DNA from: Patescibacteria group bacterium
Lineage (GTDB): Bacteria; Patescibacteriota; Minisyncoccia; UBA6257; HR35
Assembly: GCA_030549845.1 (NCBI GenBank)
Contig: JAUQQN010000001.1
Coordinates: 90,001-122,000 of the forward strand
Length of the DNA stretch: 32,000 nt
Direction: 5' to 3'
Shown here: in pieces, positions 26,016-32,000 of the stretch
Numbering within the stretch: the stretch's first letter is position 1
Layout: each line of letters opens with the position of its first letter
The notes under the pieces: generated by a model
Databases searched by the model: none
What the model was told of the DNA's origin: nothing
The model's input: only the letters and a program-made list of their open reading frames with translations
Translations under genes and position numbers: made by a program

Positions 26016-26807
26016 CTATTTTATAATTAATGTACCTTGAAGGTCTGTCCTCCAATATTTTATATTTAATTTATTTAAAATATTAACCACTTCTTTATGA
26101 GGGTGGCCATATTTATTTTTGCCAACTTGAATAATTGCAAAAGAATTAGCAAAGAGTCTCAAAAAATTTTCCGAAGATGAGTATTTTGAGCCATGATGGG
26201 GTATTAAAATAAAATCACTTTTTAAAAATTCCTTATATTTATTAAACAAATATTCTTCCACCTTTTTATCTATATCTCCAGTTAGTAAAAAACTCTTATT
26301 ATTCTTAAAAACTTTCAAAACTAATGAATTTTGGTTTTCTGTCTTAAATAATTTGGGTGCCGGATTTAATACATAGATCTTTTCATAATTTGTTTCTATC
26401 AAATCTTCTTCATCTAAAGCCAGTAGAGGTATTTTACTTTCTTTGACTTTCTCGATAAAGGTTAAATAACCACTTTCTTCACTTTTTACTGGTGAAATTA
26501 AAATAATTCCAATTTTATATCTTTTTAAAATATCAAAAATGCCGCCATAATGATCTTTATCAGGATGAGAAATTATAATAACTTCTATTGTTTTATCATA
26601 AAAAGGCATTAATTTTTTCAACTCATTTAATGCTTTATAACCATAAGGGCCTACATCATACAAAACTTGTAATTTAGGATTATTTATCAAAACACTGCTT
26701 CCCTGCCCTATATCTAAAAATGCAATATAGCTTTCTTCTTTCAACAAATTAAAAATAAAAATTAATAGGAATATGTTAACTAAGCTTAAAATTAAAATCA
26801 ATCTCAT
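26016..26807 (-). CDS. comEC: ComEC C-terminal metallo-beta-lactamase domain encoded as a separate ORF with its own N-terminal TM helix
   Basis: IAFLDIGQGSSVLI, IISHPDKDHYGG, IPHHGS and GHPH match the ComEC/Rec2 MBL domain. Overlaps the upstream ORF by 32 nt in the +1 frame. Confidence 0.8.
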   Translation of the reverse strand: MRLILILSLVNIFLLIFIFNLLKEESYIAFLDIGQGSSVLINNPKLQVLYDVGPYGYKALNELKKLMPFYDKTIEVIIISHPDKDHYGGIFDILKRYKIGIILISPVKSEESGYLTFIEKVKESKIPLLALDEEDLIETNYEKIYVLNPAPKLFKTENQNSLVLKVFKNNKSFLLTGDIDKKVEEYLFNKYKEFLKSDFILIPHHGSKYSSSENFLRLFANSFAIIQVGKNKYGHPHKEVVNILNKLNIKYWRTDLQGTLIIK

Positions 26808-28059
26808 TTTTATTTAATTTATAAATCCAAAGAAAAAGAATTAAATAAATAAAAATCAAAGCACCTAAAGGAAGATATATATAAATTTTAGGGAAATATG
26901 AAAATGGTTTAAGAAGAGTCAAAAATAGTTGAAAAGGAAAATTTAAAATATTATTTAGTGGGCTAAAAAGAATTAAAAATATTCCTAAAAAGCCTAATAG
27001 CATCAAGAAAGGAATAAAAGGCACAAAAATCAAATTTGTAAATATAGATGATAAATTCATTTCTCCAAATTTATACCATATAAGAGGTAGTACCATGATT
27101 TGAGCTGATATAATCTCAGAAAATATTTTGAGTTTTAAAAAACTTCTTAATCTTTCTTCCAAATATAAAATTCCTAAAACTCCTAAAAAAGAAAGATGAA
27201 AAGCAAAATCACTTACTAAAGCCAGAGGATTAAAAATTCCTATAAAAAATACAGGTAATATAATTAGGTTTCTTTTTAAAGGTATTCTACCGATTGTTTT
27301 AGCTAAAATCAAAAATATTGACATTATACCTGCTCTTACCACAGACGATTGAAAACCTGCAAAAACTATAAAAAACAAAATAAAAATTATTGAAAAGAAA
27401 TTTATTAAAAATATAGAGGGGAAAATAAATTTAAATAAATGGTATGAGAACAAACTTAAAATAGTTAGGTTAAACCCTGACATTGCTGTAATATGAGAAA
27501 GACCGGTCTCTTTTAATAAATTTCTTATCTCATTATCTCTTATTTCCTCTCCATATAAAATACCACTTATTATCTCTGCAGTGGATAAAGAGTAATTTTT
27601 ATAAATAATTTCATTGATTTTATCTTTTAAATTAAAAATAGGAGTAAATGGTGATTTTTCGATTTTTTTTATGCTTTTAAAAAATATTTTGTTTTCAAAA
27701 ATCTCAAAATCTCCATATATTTTATCTTTTGGATTTACTTTTAAATGATAAGGTAAATAAACTATATAAGGTTCAGCTTTATAATAACTTAAGAATCTTT
27801 TATAGCTTGTGGGAGAAATTTCTCTATCTAAAATCAGAAATGCTTGACTTGAAGAAACTATATGAAAATAAAAGGCATAAAAATAACCGCAAATAAAAAG
27901 CAGTATTAAAACCAAAGAAAAGAAGGGTCTTTTGAAAATAAAAAATAAAATTAAATAAATTGTCAAAAGCAGCAAAAAATTTAATCCTCCGTAAAAATAA
28001 AAAATAATTCCTAAAATAAAAAATAAAACAGAATAAAAGAAAACATTAGCTAATATCAT
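26776..28059 (-). CDS. comEC: ComEC/Rec2 N-terminal (DUF4131-like) plus competence channel domain
   Basis: Polytopic membrane protein with LKETGLSHITAMSGFNLTIL (competence-domain motif GlsHllaiSG). ATG at 28059; the listed start at 28074 is a TTG. Confidence 0.8.
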   Translation of the reverse strand: MILANVFFYSVLFFILGIIFYFYGGLNFLLLLTIYLILFFIFKRPFFSLVLILLFICGYFYAFYFHIVSSSQAFLILDREISPTSYKRFLSYYKAEPYIVYLPYHLKVNPKDKIYGDFEIFENKIFFKSIKKIEKSPFTPIFNLKDKINEIIYKNYSLSTAEIISGILYGEEIRDNEIRNLLKETGLSHITAMSGFNLTILSLFSYHLFKFIFPSIFLINFFSIIFILFFIVFAGFQSSVVRAGIMSIFLILAKTIGRIPLKRNLIILPVFFIGIFNPLALVSDFAFHLSFLGVLGILYLEERLRSFLKLKIFSEIISAQIMVLPLIWYKFGEMNLSSIFTNLIFVPFIPFLMLLGFLGIFLILFSPLNNILNFPFQLFLTLLKPFSYFPKIYIYLPLGALIFIYLILFLWIYKLNKNEIDFNFKLS

Positions 28060-28060
28060 C

Positions 28061-29479
28061 TTAGGGACCACCAAAAATTCCTCTAACTGCAGCTAAAATG
28101 CCAGTTATTACTAAAAGAACAAAATAACCAATTACAGCCCATTTAATATATTCTGACCCAGTTTGTATATTTTTTAAATTAACCGGGGCTAATAAATAAA
28201 ATATTCCACCTATTATTAAAAGTAGAATAAATAATGTAGGAGCAAGTTTAAAAACAAAATTTTTTATTTCATCGAATATTCTTTCTGGAGTAATGCTTGC
28301 AAAACTACTTGTACCTTGATGTTCTTCACTAAAAATAATTGGTGGAATCACAGCAATAGGTTGTTCAGTTGTAGTTACTTCAACTTTTGCTGGTGTAATC
28401 TTCATATTTAACCTTCTTACTTGCTCAATGATTTCCTGGGTATCTGAAGCATAAGGCTGAAATATATCTTTTTCAAATTCTTGTACGTTTTTCCCTGCCG
28501 GAGTTTCACCTTTTATTATCACAGAAAGTAATAGATGGCATGTTGATTCTTGAGTTGTACCAGTCATATAAAGATTTTTATACCGAGCTTTTATATCTTT
28601 AACTTCTTGTACCAATGAATAAAAATAGTTGAGACTATTTAAATCTTTTACTGCCTTATAAACTTCATAGGTTTTTGAGGCTAAATCTTTAACCTGTTGA
28701 CCAAGTTCGTAGTAATTTTTTATCAAATCTTGAGCCATAGAGTATAATTTAGATAAATTTTCTCCGTGTTGGTTTCTTAATTTTTGATAATCAAACTCAT
28801 ATACCATATTTACACTATAAGATGGTTGTATCCCTCCTCCAATGGATTCTTTCCATTTTTTAGTTATAATACCAGTATTTAAACCTTCGTTTATCAAAGA
28901 TTGGACATTAGTATTTCTAATTAAGTCAGGATAAAAAGGAGTGTTATTTACAAAACTTTGTAATACAATAACACAAGCATTAGGTTGTTTTAACATTTTT
29001 TCTACACTATCTGAAAAATAAGGATCTTTACTTGTTATCCATTGGATTAGTTTATCGATTGAAGAATATTGAACTCCAGAAATGATTTTTCTAGGCCATT
29101 CAAATACAAAAACTAATTCATCTAAGGTATCCACTTGTTGAGAAATTTTATCAATTAAATTATCAATTTCTTCTTTAGGAGCACAATAGTCTTTATTTTT
29201 GTAGGTAGATTGTAAATACTTTCCCCAACCATCTAAATTATGGAGCCATAGGATACCTAAAAGATAATCTGTATATAATGATGGGTCTGGGATATAGTCA
29301 CTCCAAATTAGATATTCTTGTTCAGAACATTTTTTTCCTTTTGCTTTATTCCATAATTTTTGAAAATATTCTTTTGACGATTCTATTTGAGCATGAATAA
29401 CATTAGAAAAAACAAAAATTAAAAATATTAACAAAAATAAGAGTATAAATCTGTTATTTTCTATCCTCTTGCTAGCCAT
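28061..29479 (-). CDS. Secreted 472-aa protein: large ectodomain with a coiled-coil VKD[LI] repeat and a C-terminal two-TM pilin-like hairpin
   Basis: Signal peptide ...SNVIHA|Q. Repeats QQVKDL / AVKDL / EVKDI at aa 261-296. The C-terminus IKNFVFKLAPTLFILLLIIGGIFYLLAP...QTGSEYIKWAVIGYFVLLVITGIL is paralogous to the two downstream-numbered small ORFs. Confidence 0.6.
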   Translation of the reverse strand: MASKRIENNRFILLFLLIFLIFVFSNVIHAQIESSKEYFQKLWNKAKGKKCSEQEYLIWSDYIPDPSLYTDYLLGILWLHNLDGWGKYLQSTYKNKDYCAPKEEIDNLIDKISQQVDTLDELVFVFEWPRKIISGVQYSSIDKLIQWITSKDPYFSDSVEKMLKQPNACVIVLQSFVNNTPFYPDLIRNTNVQSLINEGLNTGIITKKWKESIGGGIQPSYSVNMVYEFDYQKLRNQHGENLSKLYSMAQDLIKNYYELGQQVKDLASKTYEVYKAVKDLNSLNYFYSLVQEVKDIKARYKNLYMTGTTQESTCHLLLSVIIKGETPAGKNVQEFEKDIFQPYASDTQEIIEQVRRLNMKITPAKVEVTTTEQPIAVIPPIIFSEEHQGTSSFASITPERIFDEIKNFVFKLAPTLFILLLIIGGIFYLLAPVNLKNIQTGSEYIKWAVIGYFVLLVITGILAAVRGIFGGP

Positions 29480-29880
29480 TGTATTAATTCCATGATTTTT
29501 TCAATTATAAATAAAATTATAAAACCTATAATTATCCAAAGTAAAATTGTTTTTCCTTGTTGAATCAAATCTTGTTTAAAGGGACTTATAACCAAAAGCC
29601 CTGCTACATAGGTTAAACCTATAATGAATAAAATGACACCAAGATATCTTAACGCTCTTGTTACTGTTTTTATGCAATTTGTAATTTTTTCTAAAGGTGT
29701 ATCACCTGATAAACATTTCACATCTGCAGATGGCCTCAAGAGATCATAAAAATACCTCCAAGCATCCGGAGAAGACGGGAATATATTTGAATCCGAAGAG
29801 TTACTTTGTTGAGCAAAAATTAAATTTAAAAATCCTAACAAAAAAATAAAAAATATTAAAAAAACAAGCGTTTTTTTCAT
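29461..29880 (-). CDS. Small secreted membrane protein, VirB2/TrbC (T4SS pilin)-like architecture
   Basis: Signal peptide ...LNLIFA|Q, a Cys pair, then TM1 (LGVILFIIGLTYVAGLLVI), loop QQGK, and TM2 (ILLWIIIGFIILFII). Confidence 0.55.
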   Translation of the reverse strand: MKKTLVFLIFFIFLLGFLNLIFAQQSNSSDSNIFPSSPDAWRYFYDLLRPSADVKCLSGDTPLEKITNCIKTVTRALRYLGVILFIIGLTYVAGLLVISPFKQDLIQQGKTILLWIIIGFIILFIIEKIMELIQWLARG

Positions 29881-30227
29881 TTTACAAATAATTTTGGCCT
29901 TAAAAAGTCTAATATTAGATCAAAAATAACTCCTGCTAATAATAAAATTACATAATAAACTAATGAATCAACCATAAGTCTTTTACCTTGATCTAACCAG
30001 GCTCTATTATACCCGCCTAGCATTACCATAAATGCACCAACCAAAGACGCGATTGCTGCTATCCAATAACCGAAAATTAACATCGCTCTTATTACTCTTT
30101 GTAATGTTTTGACAAATTCGCCCCATGTACAGTCTAATCCTTTACATTTAACTATAGGAATAGTATCAGTTTGTGCAAATGTTAAGCTTATTAAAAAAAT
30201 TAAAAACAAAAAGTAAAATTTTTTCAT
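29877..30227 (-). CDS. Small secreted membrane protein, VirB2/TrbC (T4SS pilin)-like architecture
   Basis: Signal peptide ...LISLTFA|Q, a Cys pair (KCKGLDC), then TM1 (IFGYWIAAIASLVGAFMVML), loop DQGK, and TM2 (LVYYVILLLAGVIF). ATGA overlaps at both ends. Confidence 0.55.
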   Translation of the reverse strand: MKKFYFLFLIFLISLTFAQTDTIPIVKCKGLDCTWGEFVKTLQRVIRAMLIFGYWIAAIASLVGAFMVMLGGYNRAWLDQGKRLMVDSLVYYVILLLAGVIFDLILDFLRPKLFVK

Positions 30228-31447
30228 TTTATAAAAATTTTATTAAATTGCAATCTTGTTAAAATTAACCTTGCATTTTCTCGATCTTCGAGCCATTTAT
30301 CAACAATATCTTTAAAAATACCTTCTGCATAATTTCTATTAAATTCAGTAAAATCACTACCGATTAGCAAATCTTTTGCTATTTCTCTTTTTTCTCCACT
30401 TAGTTCATCAAAGACATCTTTTCTTATAGGAAGCAAGTTAAAATCTCTTATAAAGTCTTTATAATTTTCATCTAAGATTTCTAATGCCTTCCATGCGAAT
30501 TTATGTTTCCCTTGTTTTGGTACTGCAAAGCTATAAATTTTTAAATAATTTGTTTGATCTAGTCTACCTGAAAATTTAGGAAATTCAGTTATTCTAAACT
30601 TAAGCCTTCTATTTATTTCTTTAATTTTTTCAGTGTCAGAATAAAATCCGAAGGCAAAAACAACCTTACCTCTTCCAAATTCTTCTAAAGAATTACTATT
30701 TCCGTAATCCCAAGAATATAAATTTGAGGTTTTATCAGCAAACTGGGTATAGAATTCTACAGTTTTAGAAAAATTATTTAAATTTTTATATCCTTTCCCA
30801 TGTAAATTTCTGTGTATGGTTATAAATATTTCATAAAAATTCTCAATATTATTTGATCTACCTAAAGCTACAGGAATTATATTTTTTAAAAATGGATTTA
30901 CTTTAATACCTTGTATTGTTTTTATCAATTCTTCAAATGTTCTAGGTGGGTTTATTATTCCCAAAATATCCAAAAATTCTTCATTAGAGAACATAACAAG
31001 AGTATCAAAACTTACTGGATAGTTCAAAAGCCTATCAGAAAGAACTAAACTTTCTTCAGGATATTTTTCTTTCTTTATCTTTTCACCTGAGTATTCTTTA
31101 AAAATATTTTTGTTTTCTTTTATAAAATTGTTATCAACATAGACTAAATCTGGTATATTCCCTGCTGCTATTTCTTTCAAAAGATTTTCTCTTATATATT
31201 CAACAGGTTTTTTTATTGTTTCTACTTTTATACAATAAGCTGAAAAAATTTTTTGTATATTTGTGAATTTTTGATCAGAAAAAGGAGATAAAATTCTTAA
31301 AGTTATATTATAGCAAGGAAGAGTTTGTTTTTTAGGCTTTGAAATTTTTCCTAGAACATAGAAAGAAAAAATTATCACAAAAATTACTGCACCAAGAGCT
31401 ATTTGAGCGATTCTATTATTTTTTATTCTTTCAATTATCTCCTCCAT
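30224..31447 (-). CDS. Membrane-anchored extracellular solute-binding-protein-like protein (SBP family 1 pattern)
   Basis: N-terminal TM helix. LLKEIAAGNIPDLVYVDNNF and YPVSFDTLVMFSNEEFLDILGIINPPRTFEELIKTI resemble the MalE-type SBP lobes. No permease or ATPase genes lie adjacent. Confidence 0.6.
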   Translation of the reverse strand: MEEIIERIKNNRIAQIALGAVIFVIIFSFYVLGKISKPKKQTLPCYNITLRILSPFSDQKFTNIQKIFSAYCIKVETIKKPVEYIRENLLKEIAAGNIPDLVYVDNNFIKENKNIFKEYSGEKIKKEKYPEESLVLSDRLLNYPVSFDTLVMFSNEEFLDILGIINPPRTFEELIKTIQGIKVNPFLKNIIPVALGRSNNIENFYEIFITIHRNLHGKGYKNLNNFSKTVEFYTQFADKTSNLYSWDYGNSNSLEEFGRGKVVFAFGFYSDTEKIKEINRRLKFRITEFPKFSGRLDQTNYLKIYSFAVPKQGKHKFAWKALEILDENYKDFIRDFNLLPIRKDVFDELSGEKREIAKDLLIGSDFTEFNRNYAEGIFKDIVDKWLEDRENARLILTRLQFNKIFIK

Positions 31448-31467
31448 CTAATTTATTTTACAACTAT

Positions 31468-31983
31468 TTATTTTACAACTACTAATAAATAATAATTTTC
31501 TCCTATAAATTTTTGGAATTCAATTTTTTTGTTTTTAACATGAAAATACGCTCTTATAGCCTCTAAGCTTACTGGAGTTCCGTAAAGAAATGGTAATTTC
31601 TTAGTAGGTTCTAAGATTATCAAATATCCCCCATTTTTCAAAACCCTTAAAGCTTCATCTAAAATTTCTTCATAATTTTCATTTTGGAATAATAGTTGGC
31701 TTATAAACACAACATCAAAAAAATCATTTTCATAAGGCAACTTTTTTACATCTCCTTTATAAAATACAACATTATCTAAACCCAAAATTTCTGTTAATTC
31801 TTTTGCTTCATTTATTGCATCTTCTAAAATATCAATGGCATAAACCTTTCCATATTCAACTTTTTTAGAAAGAAGGCTTGTAAAATATCCTCCGCCACAT
31901 CCCAACTCTGCAACTTTATCACCTTTTTTGATATAGAACCTTGAAGAAAGTTCTTCGATTATCTCTTTTGGATTCAAAAACAT
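31468..31983 (-). CDS. Class I SAM-dependent methyltransferase
   Basis: SAM-binding motif I VAELGCGGGYFT, acidic post-I AIDILEDAI, and LKNGGYLIILEP (Methyltransf_11/25-like). Confidence 0.8.
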   Translation of the reverse strand: MFLNPKEIIEELSSRFYIKKGDKVAELGCGGGYFTSLLSKKVEYGKVYAIDILEDAINEAKELTEILGLDNVVFYKGDVKKLPYENDFFDVVFISQLLFQNENYEEILDEALRVLKNGGYLIILEPTKKLPFLYGTPVSLEAIRAYFHVKNKKIEFQKFIGENYYLLVVVK

Positions 31984-31989
31984 TATTAA

Positions 31990-31995
31990 ATTATA
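31990..31995 (-). promoter_or_regulatory. Candidate -10 box (TATAAT on the minus strand) 6 nt upstream of the methyltransferase ATG
   Basis: Read directly. Any -35 element would fall outside the window. This would head the methyltransferase-to-comEC operon. Confidence 0.3.
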
Positions 31996-32000
31996 AAACT

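Noticed and set aside
1-32000. Alternative genetic code (UGA read as Gly or Trp, as in some CPR lineages or Mollicutes)
   Set aside because: TGA terminates well-defined genes at conserved C-termini, including clpB, truB and two operon genes with ATGA overlaps. tRNA-Trp has anticodon CCA, not UCA.
1-32000. CRISPR arrays, rRNA genes, IS elements, long tandem repeats
   Set aside because: No regularly spaced direct repeats, rRNA-like conserved blocks or inverted-repeat-flanked transposase genes were seen. Non-coding DNA totals well under 1 kb.

Overview
AT-rich (about 30% GC by eye), very gene-dense bacterial segment. Most genes overlap or sit less than 30 nt apart. The genetic code looks standard: TGA is used as a stop and tRNA-Trp carries a CCA anticodon. 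All identifications come from motif recognition in the supplied translations and from hand-folding RNAs; no searches were run.

Layout:
- 1-8200: housekeeping genes glyQS (partial), a 620-aa surface protein, recO, ctpA, rplI, clpB, secE.
- 8193-14026: flippase, TruB fused to an acylphosphatase domain, MFS transporter, a lone Cys-rich type IV pilin, an MGMT-TsaC fusion, and an ATP-cone/PD-(D/E)xK nuclease-fold protein.
- 14009-21916: minus-strand ribosomal protein cluster rplB through secY. It lacks rpmD (L30). It is headed by tRNA-Trp instead of rpsJ-rplC-rplD-rplW.
- 22179-25991: an orphan 576-aa secreted protein, an AspRS lacking its GAD domain, a small ORF, then tRNA-Gln and tRNA-Ala.
- 26016-31983: a tightly coupled minus-strand operon. 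In transcription order it encodes a methyltransferase, a membrane-anchored SBP-like protein, two small VirB2/TrbC-like pilin-type membrane proteins, a 472-aa protein ending in the same two-helix module, and ComEC split into a channel ORF and a metallo-beta-lactamase (MBL) ORF.

The missing L30, domain losses, unusual fusions, near-absence of Shine-Dalgarno motifs, and comEC plus pilins fit a reduced-genome uncultivated lineage (CPR/Patescibacteria-like). That placement is inference. The best candidate for an undescribed system is the pilin-like/ComEC operon at 26016-31983. No CRISPR array, transposase, integrase or rRNA was seen.
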